A program made the translations under genes and the position numbers. The notes beneath the pieces were generated by a model, which saw nothing but the letters and a program-made list of their open reading frames with translations, was not told the DNA's origin and made no database searches. Shown here one piece after another: positions 13,901 through 27,232 of a stretch of 64,000 bases of DNA (position 1 is the first letter of the stretch; each line of letters opens with the position of its first letter). Source of the DNA: Camelus dromedarius. Its lineage: Eukaryota. The DNA lies in assembly GCF_036321535.1 (NCBI RefSeq), contig NC_087437.1:74340001-74404000 (forward strand), written 5' to 3'.

Positions 13901-15174
13901 AAGCCAGCATCTCAGCATTACTGCTAAATCTAGGTTATTATTTAATAGTATTAAATGGTCTAAAGAATTTCTCATATTATAGAGTTACATGACTTTCTAA
14001 ATTTTAAAGCCTCATTTTGCATTATAGAAACAGTTCCGTGCAATTGGAGGGAATCAGGCTGAAACCTGCGTGTGTGTCACTTTGCTGAGAATGCTCTCTT
14101 TCCCCACTAGTACTCTGACTTTCTTTGGCCAGATTTTCTTGTCTCATCATTGGGAACATATGTCAATTTCACATGACTGACTTTTATCACTGAAAACTGA
14201 CACTTTGCTTTGGGTTATATTTTTTCTATGTGACTCAAGAGATTAACCTATATTCTAGAAAAGCTGAGTTGACACTGTTGCCTTAATGCCAACACGCACC
14301 TCTTAACCTCAGGCGTAGAACAGAGGAAGCTAGCTTCTACCAATGCTAACAGGAGTTTGTTGTTCTGTAAGGATTTTCCTACTGTCATTCATTTTTTATT
14401 GCAAATACACCTATGATACTCAGAAAACTGCAGTAAATATGATGCCATCAAACACAGCACTAAGTTCCAAAATATGACAGCTAACTTTCAAGCTTCATAT
14501 GTTTGTCAAACTAAGAACTGAAGAAAGTATCCTAAAGTTTTGAAATAATAGTGCTGATTTTTCCAAGAAATAGTCTAATTATTCATTAAAACCAAATAAT
14601 TTGATTCGGTTCGACCTCCTTAGTTTTTACTGCCACCTCTGAGCAACTTCTGCAACCCAATCATTGAATAACAATGTCACTGCAACAACAAAAAAGCTCA
14701 CTTGTGTAATCTTTTCTTTTGCCCTAATTCCATAATTATGATAGCTGACATTGTCATTTATTTGGCATTTTTCTAAAACTAGTGATTATTTTTGTTCTTA
14801 TACTTACGTGTAAAGGTTACCAATAATTGAACTCCTTTGTGTTTATGTTTTTTTAATGATCTGGATGCTCTGTTTTGCATGTATCCATCTTTTGAGTGTG
14901 ACTGTCATTCACTTTTATCCAGTCCTTTTTTAATTATGATGTTCTTTCATCAAATAAGGGCACAATGTGATTAGAATAAATTTTGATATATTAAACTTCA
15001 CTTGACTAATGCAGAGAGGAGATAATCACTCCAAATTTAAAAGCATTGGCCCATATTTCCACTGGAAGACTAACCAAAATTAATGAGTACCTTTATTCAT
15101 TTATTGAATAAACATTTATTACCCACCTATTATATGACAGACACTGTGTATGCCCTTGACACTGTAAAAACAAG

Positions 15175-15385
15175 TTAGATGGTGGTTGCTGGAGCCTGAA
15201 GGAGGGAAGAATTGGGGGTCAGTGTTTAATGGGTGCAAGTTTCAGCTGGAGAAGATCAAGTTTTGAAGATGGATGGTGGTGACAGTTGCACTACAGTGTG
15301 AACATACTAAATGCCACATAACTAAACACTTAAAATGGTTAAAGTGCTAAGTTTTATATTATGTGCATTTCAACATGATAAAAAT
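15175..15385 (+). mobile_element. L1MB-type 3' end, inserted in an L2 (-) fragment
   Basis: 'gtggttgctgg..tgtttaatgggtgcaagtttcag..gatggatggtggtgacagttgcac..aatgccac..cacttaaaatggttaaa'; flanked by taaaaacaagt / taaaaataagt (probable TSD). Confidence 0.8.
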
Positions 15386-17499
15386 AAGTAAAACGATTTA
15401 GAGAAGGTCCTCAAGGAGTTTACAAACTAGCAGGAGCAACTTAGAAGCAAACAGCTTATCACCGCTTGTAACAAGAGTATGAAAAGCTCTATGACAACAG
15501 CATCCTTTGACTGCTGGGTGAACACAAATGAGGGGAATCTGGACCAAAAGGGGGAGGGGAGGTGTGAGGAAGGGTGCTACTGCCTCATTTGTGGATGAAG
15601 GAGTAGAAATGAACTTGGCAAATATGAAGCAGAAAAACTACAGGCAGAGCTCTAGCTGTGCAACGCCCTAACATAAGGAAGCGGGCACCAGAGTCCACCC
15701 TGCTGTCAAAGGCTAGTTATGTCCAGGGCTCCTCTGGGGGCCTCCCCAAGTCTCCGGGAATTTACTCCAATGGCTCTCAGTCCCCCCTCACCTTCAGAAT
15801 TGCCTAATTCCGATTCATTCCCATTAACGTTAAAATGCATTCTCAAATAGCCAAACAAATGTTCTTTGACTCTACACTCCTCTAGGGGCCCCCCAACTAG
15901 TTCTACAAGAAAGTGTACACCCCAGGAGATATGTACAGGGCGAAGGTGGGAGCCCTCACTGGAAATCCTAACTAACTAACTATTCTTCAATATAGTTTTC
16001 CAGAAGTTTGGGAGCAGATTTAGGTGCTTATTAAGATTAATACATCTGGTTTCCCATTTGTCTAGCCATCATGACATACCCACATCATTTTTAGGTCTCC
16101 AAAAACAAAGAAGGTTGAATAGTAAACTATGAATTCTCAAAAGGAAGACAGAATTGAGGTCTATCACATGTATAAAGAGTGAGAGTCAGACTGAAGGAGG
16201 GATTCTGAAGAGAGCGTGGTTATTACCAATTAAGATTGTTCTCTGCCCAAGCCCTGTCCCAAGGACTCATTCTCGAATGTCAGTAATGGGAACAACAGCA
16301 AAAGGTGTGAGTGGTGGAGGGACCTGAATGAGCTGTTTTACCATAATCTCTGTAGTAAAGGTGATGCTCTCAATATTAGCCATTATGAGCCTAAATGGAG
16401 ATCCTGGCTGTCACCAACAGTAAATGTAACCCTTGCCATCATGAGACATTTGAGGAGCACTGGCTGCAGAAGTCTCTTCATGCCAAGGTTCACTGGACAC
16501 AGAGATCACTGGTGCAAACATCAGTGGCCCAAGCATCACACATGAGTAATCTCAGAGCATGTTGACAGGCATCAGCACCATAACAGGTGGCACCCTGAGG
16601 CTATCAGTAGGCTGGATCCTGCTCTGGATACCACCAAGACAGGACATATCCCCAGTGAGCTGATGATGGAGAGAAGGAAAGGCCAATGCCACGGGGTTGC
16701 CAAGCACAGGGGTCAGTGGACCATATACCGGCCACTCTCTTTAAGGATTATCAGAAACATCTGAGTGGAAGTTTAGAAAAGTTAGTTCTTCTACAAATCA
16801 GGTGAATGTATGAAGCAAGGGAACTATTATTTTGTGGTTAATCCTATTACTCTATTTTTAACCCCTGACTAATGTGGTCAAATATATTATAGATTAAATA
16901 TATTTGAGGACACTTTAAGAGTGCCTCAAAGTTAAAAATAATTATAGCTTATGTATTTAAGTAATGGTTCAAGAAGATCATAAAGAATGCTTTACAATAA
17001 TCACCTAAGTTTAAAGACGAATTATGGTTAAATATTAACACTGCTTTAAAATGTAACATATGCCTTATTAAGAATTAAAATTTTTAAAGTCTGGTCTCCG
17101 TGTAAGATCAACCATTATTCACATTACTTTTTAACAAGGTTCACTAAGCCCTTAGGTATTGTAACTATTTTTCATTTACGTCTAGGCTAGAAACAACTGC
17201 ATATTTGTACTGCAGTATGAAACTATATGAAAAGCCACCCATGCTTTGTATCAATCACTTTATCTCATATAACATTTTTAATATCAGTGCCCTGAAGCAT
17301 TTTAAATATTCATGTGGACACGTTACGATGCCTTCAAGTTTTAAGATAAGTAGATTATTTATGTAACCTAAAGGAATTATCCCAATTCCACAAAGAAAAA
17401 CAAATCACTGAACAAATAATAAATCTTTCCTTCATAACATTTTCCAGATCTACAGCACAGGAACCCTTTTTACTATTCTTATGAGAATAACATAATAAT

Positions 17500-17680
17500 A
17501 ACATAATCCTCTATGCTTATAGACTCTTTTTCTAATAATTATCAACTCATTCATCTTTTTGACAGCCCTGAGTAATAAAGAGGGAAACATTATTTCTATT
17601 TCATAGTGAGGAAACTGAGGCAAAGAGCCTATGAGAAATTTGCCCAAGACCAGAGTGTATCTACAGCTAAGTGAAATGAA
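17500..17680 (-). mobile_element. MIR SINE
   Basis: 'gaggaaactgaggcaaagag..aatttgcccaagacc..acagctaagtg'. Confidence 0.7.
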
Positions 17681-17879
17681 GAAAAGACAGAGAAATAAAC
17701 TGGGGACAAATTAATCAAGTGTTCTTTATAATTAAAAGTATTCACGGGTTGTTTCACCATTGAAAACAGAAGGAACAAATGAGGTTTGTGTAGTGGATGA
17801 AAATACATTAGGACTGAAGCCCACATCTTCTCACAGGCTATGCAGACAGAAGAGGCATGCCACAAGAACAAAGAAATGC

Positions 17880-18260
17880 TGAAATTTTAGCTGCTCAACA
17901 CGACAAACTTTATTTTTCTCTTACTACCAGTGAAAGCTGGGTGGTTCTCCTCAAGGTTCTCCTTCAAGTTACAACTCAGGGATCTGGGCTCCCGTCATTA
18001 TGTTGCTAAACCATCTAGAACTGGAACCCGTGGTGTCTAAGGTCACTGCAGAAGGAAAAAGGAAGCTCGGGGATAAGATCACATGGGGTACCATAAGTAT
18101 AGTTCCTGAAACCAGCTTAAATCAATTCTGACCATACCCCACTGTCCAGAGTGAATCCGTGCTCCCAATATAAGAATGCAGAAAAATATAGTCTTGTGTA
18201 CCCAGAAAGAGGGAAATTAAAACAGAATCTTACAAGAATCATAACACTGTCTCTGTCACA
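17880..18260 (-). mobile_element. Old MaLR LTR (MLT1I/J-like), degraded
   Basis: 'actcagggatctgggctcc', 'aaatatagtcttgtgtacccagaaagagg', terminal 'gtctctgtcaca'. Confidence 0.5.
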
Positions 18261-18289
18261 ACCTAGCATGTGATTAAGCAAGACACTGA

Positions 18290-18450
18290 GGGAGTGTGCT
18301 TTAAAAAGCATGAAGTTTCTACACTTGATCCATAAGAACCTGTATCTGATCCTACTTCTGAAGACAGCTCTTAATTGTACTTTGGGCAAATCTCAACTCA
18401 CAGGACTTCAGTTTGCTCAGCTGTAAAATAAGAGATGGATGAAATTATGG
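18290..18450 (+). mobile_element. MIR fragment
   Basis: 'actttgggcaaatctcaactc..cttcagtttgctcagctgtaaaataagag'. Confidence 0.65.
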
Positions 18451-18966
18451 TGATATTAGATATGGTGTTAATAAGAAGAAGAAGAGCTGTTTACTGAGTA
18501 TTTGCCTCCTGCCATATGTTGTGCTACATTCTTTAAATCCTTCTCTCATGATTTCCTCCTAAATCCAACTTTTAACATTTTATGATACTAAGGAGGAAAG
18601 ACAGTGCAAATCCTCATGAGACGACAGGAAAGAAAAAAATTAATTAGTGTTAAGTAGTGTTTAGAAGTACAAGGCAACAGAGAAGTAGCACTTTTTATGT
18701 CTCAGGGATGGTCCAATTAAGAAGAGTGAAGATTGGATCTCATTAAAAGAAGGAAAAGAAATGGTAATAGGCTGGTGAAAGTCCCTTGTTGATAATCACA
18801 ACGTTTCCCTCTTTATTTCTGAAAATCATGGCTTACTCCTCCTTCTTTTTATCAGAGATCTCTGTTGAGCACCTACAATGTTCAAGGTTTAGAGGCTGTC
18901 AGTCTAGAACCAAGAGAAAATTCAGATTGATGTTCAAAGTTCCTGATTTCTTTATGATGTGTAAGT

Positions 18967-19003
18967 TGTATTAGTTAGGGTTCTCCAGAGAAACAGAACC
19001 AAT

Positions 19004-19070
<67 letters not shown>

Positions 19071-19491
19071 ATGGAAATCTATTATAGGAAATGGATTATG
19101 GAGACTGAGAAGTCCAAAAATCTGCCACCAGGGTGTAATTCATTAAGCAAGTCTGAAGACCTATGAAACCAGGCAAGCCAATGGTAGAACTCCCAGTCCT
19201 AGTCCAAAGGTCTCAGAGCCAGGGGCACTGATGTCCATGGGCAGGGTAAGATGGATGTCCGAGATCAAGCAAAGTGAGTAAATTCATCCTTTCTCCATCC
19301 ATCCTTTTCTTCTACTCAGGACCGCAGTGAGTTAGATGATGGCACCTGCACTGGGGGGCTATCTTTATTCAGTCTACAGATTAATAACTTCTCCCAGAAA
19401 CACCCTCACAGACACACCCAGAAATACTGGTGTACCAGTGATCTGAGCATCCCTTAGCCAGCCAGGCTGACACATAAAATTAACCCTTACA
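18967..19491 (-). mobile_element. MLT2B-like ERVL solo LTR
   Basis: TG...CA termini; 'tgtattagttagggttctccagagaaacagaaccaatagg' at the left end and 'ccagaaacaccctcacagacacacccagaaat..tgacacataaaattaacccttaca' at the right end. Confidence 0.9.
19007..19070. repeat. (GT)n microsatellite of about 32 units inside the MLT2 LTR
   Basis: Near-perfect GT run with a single GC interruption. Confidence 0.95.
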
Positions 19492-20931
19492 TAAACTGAG
19501 GAAATAGAATGTAACTTATTATGATACTTGCAACATCCTTTACTGACTGTCTTGCAAAATAAATAGAGTTTGTTTCAAAATTACCCATAAATCAAAAACC
19601 TCTTGTATTAGGGAATTGCACTCTCAAAAACTGTTCTAAAACAAAAAGTTCTAAAACACATGATTGTTGACAACATGGAGAGAGTGTTGTCCATCAACCA
19701 TTAGGCTATTCCACGATGTAAACTGGTATAGTTTTCTCTTAATAAACTTTTTCCTCAGAAATGCTGTGATGGAATTAGACCCTGGCAGATGAGGGCTGCC
19801 TAGGAATGCTGAGCCCTGAAATTTACTGACTTATTAGAGAACAAAAAAGCAACATAAATAGTCACATTTTTGGAGGTGCAAATCAAGACAGCAGAGTGGG
19901 AAGATCCTGAGCTCACCTCCTCCTACAGACACACCAAACTACAACAACCTATAGAACAACCCTCCCCGAGGATGATCTGAAGACTAGAAGAACACATTTT
20001 CTACAACTATAAAGGCTATAAAGAAAAGGCTGTATCAAGATGGGTAGGAAGGGCAGAGACACAACCTAGTCAGAACTCCACCCCGGGTGCAGCAAATACC
20101 ACAACCATGAAGACCTCGCTGAAGAGCAAGGGGCCCCGGCCCCATGATGAGCTCCCAGCCCAGGAGACCTTCACTGGGAAGATGAGCCCCCATAACATCT
20201 GGCTTTGAAAACCAGTGGGACTTCTGTCCAGGAGAAACAGAGGGCGATAGGGAAACAAGATCCTGCCCTTGAAGGGTCACATACAAACGCACTTGCTCTG
20301 GGTTCCAGCACAGAGGCAGCAGCTTGAAAGGCACCCGAGTCATATGAGAAGATTCACTGACTAATTTCAAGGCATGTGCTGGGGGGGCAGAGATCTAGGG
20401 GAACTTTATCTGGAGACAAAAGCACTAGTAGATGCCCTTTTTTTCACTCTCCTTCTACTTAGGTGGCCTGGCACTAGTGGGCACTATTTTTGTCACTCTC
20501 CATCAACCCAGCTAACACCGTGGTGCACCAAGCCCCTGTGTCCCCCCCGAGTACCAGCCACACCCAATCTGCTTACACTGGCGTTCTTCAAAGTGGCTCC
20601 CAGCCCACCCCACCAGGAAGGCAGCCCTGGCCGGCACTGGTGCCCCTTCAAAGCAGCTCCTGCTCCAGGGGGTCAGCCCAACACACCAAAGCACCTGAAA
20701 TAGTTGCAGCTAGGCCTCGCAGCTGCCCACCAGCACAGAGAAATCACAACCCAACCACAACAGGAGGGTACACACAGCCCACACAGGGGAAACCCCTGGT
20801 GCATCTGGCTCTGGTGACCATGAAGCCACTGGGCCCACAGGACACCTTCTACGTAAAACCACTCTTTCAAGACTGGGAGATGGAACTGTTCTATCTAAAA
20901 TGTAGAAAAAAAAAATACAGAGTTAGACAAA

Positions 20932-21680
20932 ATGAGGAGACAAGGAATATGTTCCAAATGAAAGAACAAGACAAAAACCTCAGAAAAAGAAGTAAACAAA
21001 ACAGAGATATACAATTTACCAGATAGACTGTTCAAAATAATAGTCACAAAGATATTCACTGAACTCGGGAGAAGAATGGGTAAAGTCAATGAGAATTTCA
21101 ACAGAAAGACAGAAAAAAAATTTTTTTAAAATCAGAACTAAAGAATACAATAACTGTAGTAAAAAAATACACTAGAGGGAATCAACAGCAGGAGAACACA
21201 GAAAACAGAAGAATAGACCAGCAATCTGGAAGACATGATACTAGAAATCACCCAATTGAAATAGCTAAAGAAAAAAAACTAAATGAGGAGAGTTTGAGAG
21301 ACATCTAGGACAATATCAAATGTATTAGCATTCACATTATGGGGGTCCCAGAAGGAGAAGAGAGAGAGAGAAAGACATAAAAACTATTTGAAGAAATAAT
21401 GGCTGAAAACTTCCCTAACCTGGGTAAGAAAACAGACGCACAAATTCAGGAAGCAATGAGTCCCAAACAAGATGAACCCAAGGAGACCCACATCAAGACA
21501 CATTATAATTTAAATTCCGAAAGTTAAAGAAAGGGAAACAACTTACAACCAAAAATACTCTACCCAGCAAGGTTATCATTCAGAATTGAAAGAGAGATAA
21601 AGAGTTTCCCAGACAAAGGCTAAAGGAATTCATCACCACTGAACTAGACTTACAAGAAATGTTAGAGGTACTTCCTTAAG
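20932..21680 (+). pseudogene. L1 ORF1 remnant (frameshifts, stops, ~136-bp deletion)
   Basis: Translates in pieces to 'RNMFQMKEQDKN'; contains 'atggctgaaaacttccctaacctggg' (AENFPNL) and 'tactctacccagcaaggttatcattcaga' (LYPARLSF). Confidence 0.85.
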
Positions 21681-22779
21681 TGAAAAGGAAAGGTCATAAC
21701 TAGAAACAAGAAAATATGAAAGAAAAAAAATCTCAGTTGTAAATACAAATTTATACTAATTGTAGTGAATTAACCACCTATAAGGAAGGTTAAAGGACAA
21801 AAGTAGTCAAACCATCTACATCCAAAATAAATAGTAAAATGATACACAAAACAAAAAGGTGCAAAGTATGACATCAAAAATATAAAATGGGGGGTGGCAG
21901 AGAGTGAAAATGCAGTGCTTTTGGAATGCACTCAAACTTAAGCGACCATCAATTTAACACAGACTGCTATTCACATAGGTCTTACATATGAACACTGTGA
22001 TAATCATAAACCAAAATCTTATATAACAGATACACAAAAAATAGAGGCTTTATCAAGATGGTACAGTAGGAAGACCCTGAGCTCACCTCCTCCCATGGGC
22101 ACACCAAAATTATAACTATTTACTGAGCAACTACTGATGAGAAAAACTGAAACCTACCATAAAAGATCTTCTACAACTAAATTATAAAGAAGGAACTGCA
22201 ACAAGACAGGTAGGAGGCGTGGAGGCGAGGCACAGTGAAGAGCCACACCCCCGGGACAGCGGCACACGTGGAAGGACAATAACTACTAAGGATCAGTGGG
22301 TCTGAGACCCACATCAGGCTCCCCAGCCAAGGATCCTGCACCGGGAAAATGAGCCCCTAGAACATTTATTTGGCTTTGAAGACCAGGGGGATCTTCCTTT
22401 TAGATGACCCAGAGGGCTGTGGGAAACAAAGACTTCACTCTTCCAGGGCGCACACGAAATCTCACACACTCCAGGACCCAGGGCAGAAGCAGTCATTTGA
22501 AAAGAGCCTGGGTCACACCCACCTGCTGATCTTAAAGTCTCCTGGAGAGGCAGGAGGCCACTGGAGCTCACCCTGGCAGTAGCTATTTTGGGGAGCTTGT
22601 TTAACCACACGGACACTGGTGCTGGCAAACGCCACTGTGGAATCTTCCTTCTAGCTTAACAGTCTCAGGATGCACACCCACCCCCACCCACCAGTTTGTA
22701 GGTCCCAGGACTGGGATGCCTCAGGGCAAGCAACCAGCTGGGCAGGAAGACAGCCCCACCTACCAGCAGGCTGCCTTGA

Positions 22780-23450
22780 GTCCCCTGAGCCCACAGGCAC
22801 CCCAGGACATGGCCCTGTCCACCAGAGGACCCTAAACCAGGCCCCACACACCAATGTGCGGGCACTAGCCCCAGCAAGGGGGCTTTAAACTTGGAACCAG
22901 CCTCACCTACCAGTGGGCAGGCCCCAGCCCCAGGACCTCCTGGGCCCTGGAACCCACCAGCAGGCCAACATCAGCTCCAGGACCCCCAGGGCCCTGCTGC
23001 CAGAGATCCCAGGCCCCAGCTCTGTCCACCAGTGAGCCAGCACTAGCCCTGAGACCCCTGGGCCTCAGCACCAGCCACCAGTGGTCTGACACTAGTTCTG
23101 TGACCCCTGGGCTCTGCAGTCAGAGACCCCAGGACCTGGCTCTGCCAGCCAGGGCACCAGCACTAGTCCCATGACCCAGCATCACCACTAGTGGGCAGGC
23201 ACCAGCCCCAGGACAACTGAAGCCCTGCAGCCTGCCTTACTGGGACGCAGACAACACAACAACAGGCTGGCACCAGCCCTGGGACACCCTGGGCCCCAGG
23301 GCTAACCCATCAGCAGGCCAACACCTGCTCTGGGACACCTTGGAGCCTCAGCCAGTGGCTGAGGAATCCAGTCCCAACCACCAGTGAGCTGGCACTAGCC
23401 CCAGGAACCCCAGAGACTCTGGCCCTGCCCACCAGAAGGCTGACACCAGC
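22780..23450 (+). repeat. Degenerate GC-rich tandem monomers in L1 5'UTR-B
   Basis: Recurring 'ccccaggacc..ctctgtccaccagtgggc..cagcactagccc' units at roughly 60-70 bp spacing. Confidence 0.7.
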
Positions 23451-25370
23451 CATATATGACAAACCTATAGCTAACATCATACTCAGTGGTGAAAAGCTGA
23501 AAGTATTTCCACTATGAACAAGAACAGGACAAGGATGCCCACTCTCACCAGTTTCATTCAACATAATATTGGAAGTCCTAGCCACAGCAATCAGATGAGA
23601 AAAATTAAAGAAATTCAAATTTGAAAGTAACAAGTAAAATGGCATGATATCGTACATAGAAAAATCACAAAGATGCCACCCAAAAACTATTAGAACTAAC
23701 AAAAGAATTCAGTAAAGTTGTGGGATACAAAATTAACACAAAGAAGAAATCTGTATACATTAACAAAAGTATCAGAAAGAGAAATTAAGAAAACAATTCA
23801 ATTTACATTTGAACCAAAAGGAATAAAATACCTAAAAATAAATCTAACCAAGGAGGTAAAAAGCTTGCACTTGGAAAACTGTAAGACATTGGTACAGGAA
23901 ACTGAAGACAACATAAACAAATGAAAAGCTATACCATGCTCTTGGATTGGAAGGATTAATACTGTCAAAATGACCATAATACCCAAGTCAATCTACAGAT
24001 TCAATGCAGTCCCTATCAAAATACCACTGGCATTTTCACAGAACTAGAACAAATCATTCTAAAATTTGTATGGAAACACAAAAGACCCTGAATAGCCACA
24101 GAAATCTTAAGAAAGAGGAACAAAGCTGGAGGTATCACTCTCCCTGATTTCAACCTCTACAAGAAAGCCATGTAATCGAAACTGTGTAAAGGCACAAAAA
24201 TAGGCATATAGATCAATGGAACAGAATACAGAGCCCAGGAATAAACCCGTGCTTATATGGTCAATGAATTTACAACCATGGAGCCAAAAACATACAGTGC
24301 GGAAAAGACAGCCTCTTCAATAAATAGCATCTGGAAAACTGGATGGCTACATGCAAATGAATGAAACTGGACTACTTTCTTACACCGTATACAAAAATAA
24401 ACTCAAAATGGATTGAAGACTTAGATGTACAACCTGAAACCATGAAACTCCCAGAAGAAAACATAGGCAGTACATTCTTTGACATTGGTCTTAGCAATAT
24501 TTTTTTGGATTGGCCCCCTCAGGCAAGGACAACAAAAGCAAAAATAAAGAAGTGGGAACTACTTCAAACTAAAGATGCTTCTGCACAGCAAAGGAAACCA
24601 TTAACAAAATGAAAAGGCACTTTACTGAATGGGAGAAGATACTTGCAAAAGATATACCCGATAAGAGGTTAACATCCAAAATACACAAACAGCTCATAAT
24701 GACTCAATACCAAAAACACAAGTGACCCAACCAAAAAATGGGGAGAAGACCTAAATAGGCATTTCTCCAAAGAAGACATCAAGACGGCCAACAGGGACAT
24801 AAAAAGATGCTCAACACTGCTAATTATTAGAGAAATGCAAATCAAAACCACAATGAAGTATCATCGCACCCCAGTCAGAATGGCCATAATCAACATGTCT
24901 ACAAATAATAAATGCTGAAGAGGGTGTGGAGAAAAGGGAACTCTCCCCTACTGTTGCTGGGAATGCAAATTAGTGCAGCCACTATGGACAACAGTATGGA
25001 AGTTCCTCAAAAAATCAAAAATAGGAATGCCATATGATTCAGCAATTCCACTTTGGGTATTTATCCAAAGAAAACAAAAACACTAAAAATAACCACTAAT
25101 TGGAAAAGATACATACATCTATACATTCACTGCAGCATTATTTACAATAGTCAAGATATGAAAGCAATCTAAGTAGTCCATTGATCAAGAAGAATGGGTA
25201 AGAGTCATATATATGCACACACACACATATACACACATATATATACATATACATACATATATATAGATATACAATGGAATATTAATCAGCCATAAAAAAG
25301 AACAAAATCTTGCCATCTGTGGCAACATGGATGTACCTAGAGGGTATTATGCTAAGCGAAATAAGTCAAA
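23451..25370 (+). pseudogene. L1 ORF2 3' half (C-terminal part of RT, Cys-rich domain), inactivated
   Basis: 'catatatgacaaacctatagctaacatcatactcagtggtgaaaagctga' (IYDKP.ANIIL.GEKL), 'ggacaaggatgcccactctcacca' (QGCPLSP), ORF track 'LDYFLTPYTKINSKWIEDLDV'; many stops. Confidence 0.9.
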
Positions 25371-26547
25371 GAAACACAATTACCATATGATTTCACTTTT
25401 ATGTGGAATCTAAAAACAAAAAAACAGAACAGAAACAGATTCATAGATACAGAGAATAAACTGCTTGTCACCAGACAGGAGGTGGGCAGGGGGTTAGGTA
25501 AAATAGGTGGAAGACATCAAGAGGTTCAAGCTACCCGTTACAAAATACAGGGATATAACGTATAACACAGGGCATATAGTCAATAACACTGCAATAACTC
25601 TGTACAGTGACAGATCATTACTAGACTTATTGTGGTGATCAATTCATAATAAACAGAAATGTTGGATCACTATATTGTACACCTGAAACTAATATATGTC
25701 AACTATACTTCCATTAAAAAACAACAAAAAAAATTAAATACTCACATTTTTTCCAACTCAGATTTAGAAAAGACTGGTTAGAAAGTTGATTTTGTTTCTG
25801 GAAAAAGAAAAAACAATTACAATGCTTTTTAATGGGCACTTTAAACAGGCCTCACCAATAGCATTTTAAGTTACTAATGAAGTGTCTTTATTCTTTATGC
25901 CAGTAGCCAAGCAAATGATAAATAATTACATCAAAGCCTTACTCTGACCTCAAAGTTCTTAAAGACTTCACTCAACTCACAGACTTTGATGTGTCAAAAT
26001 GATCTCCATTACCTCTGATATAGAGCAGGTTGGAATCTCAGAAAAACTGCTCTTAATTAACTATAATCAAATCAGTCAAACCTTCATCAGCATTCATTTG
26101 CTGTTATCTTCAATAAATCTAGATTATTGTCTCTTTCCTCTAGTGAGAAGTAAATATTACTTTGTTACATAGAAATATCTTTGCTCTTGCTAAGTACCTG
26201 CAGGAAAACATCTCTCATTAAAACCATTAACTACGTGTGCTCAGAAATTTTGCTTCCCTAAAGATACTGTAAAATCCAAAATATATAGAGTTTTGAATTC
26301 CTATAAAATTTATACATTATAATTTTATACTAAGCTATGAAAATATTTCTAGATAGATTCCATTAAAAATTAAATCTCTGAATTCAAATGTTTCTAAGTC
26401 TTAAAAGTTTTAAATAGTTATTTTCTGAGCCACTATAGTTTAAAAAATACATGTATATTCACAATATATAGCTATCAGTGAATGATTTCTTACTTTTTTA
26501 AAGCATTCGTGTCAATAAGGCACCTTATTCTAAACTAAAGGGTTTAA

Positions 26548-27232
26548 AATGGTTCTCACCCTGGGGTTCTCAACAACACGGATGAACTTCAAGGTCATTA
26601 CACTAAGTAAAATAAGCCAGACACAGAAAGACAAATACTACACAGTATTGCTTATTATATGGGGAATGTAAAAAATAAAAGTTGAATTCATAGAAATAGA
26701 AAACAGGATGGTCGTTGCTGGGGGCTGGATGTTGGGGAAAATGGAGAGAGGTTGGTAAAAGCATATAAACTGTCAGTTATAAGATGCATAAATTCTGAGG
26801 AGCTGATGTATATAGCATGGTGATTATAGTTGATAACACTGTCATTTTATAACTGAACTTTACTAAGAGAGTAGATTTTCAGTGTTCTCACCAAAAAAAA
26901 AATAAATAAATAATAATAATAATAATAAACAACAAAACCAAAAAACAAACAAAGTATGTGAGGTGACAGATGTATTAATTAATTTGGTCTTGCGAATCCT
27001 TTCAGTCTATATGTATCTCCAATCATCACACTGTACTTTAAGTATATCGCAGTTTCATTTGTCAATTATATCTCAATAAAGGTAGAAAAAAATTTTAATT
27101 CCCCAGGGAGATTTTTTAAATTCTGATGCCCAGATCACACCACAGACCAAATAAATCAGAATCTCTTTGGGTAGGACGTAAGGCTCCCCAGAGATTCGAA
27201 TGTCCCTACAAAGTTGAAAAACACTGCTCTAA
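26548..27232. mobile_element. MER5A-like hAT-Charlie MITE split by an L1MA 3' end
   Basis: Left piece 'atggttctcaccctgg' near 26550; right piece 'tttaaattctgatgcccag..cacagaccaaataaatcagaatctct..aagttgaaaaacactgctcta' at about 27100-27232. Confidence 0.65.
26570..27092 (+). mobile_element. L1MA9-like 3'UTR (5'-truncated L1)
   Basis: 'ggatgaacttcaaggtcattacactaagtaaaataagccagacacagaaagacaaatact...cagttataagatg..gagagtagat..gtgttctcacca..tatgtgaggtga..gtcaattatatctcaataaag'. Confidence 0.85.

Larger units (their letters stand above)
19872..25734 (+). mobile_element. Chimeric L1 (5'UTR-A, ORF1, inter-ORF, 5'UTR-B, 3' half of ORF2, 3'UTR, A-tail)
   Basis: L1 start 'aatcaagacagcagagtgggaagatcctgagctcacctcctcc'; a second such start near 22047; TSD taaata(g/c)tcacattttt at 19855-19871 and 25735-25751. 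Confidence 0.9.

Noticed and set aside
20490..21026. 178-aa ORF
   Set aside because: Chance read-through of L1 5'UTR into a frameshifted ORF1 start.
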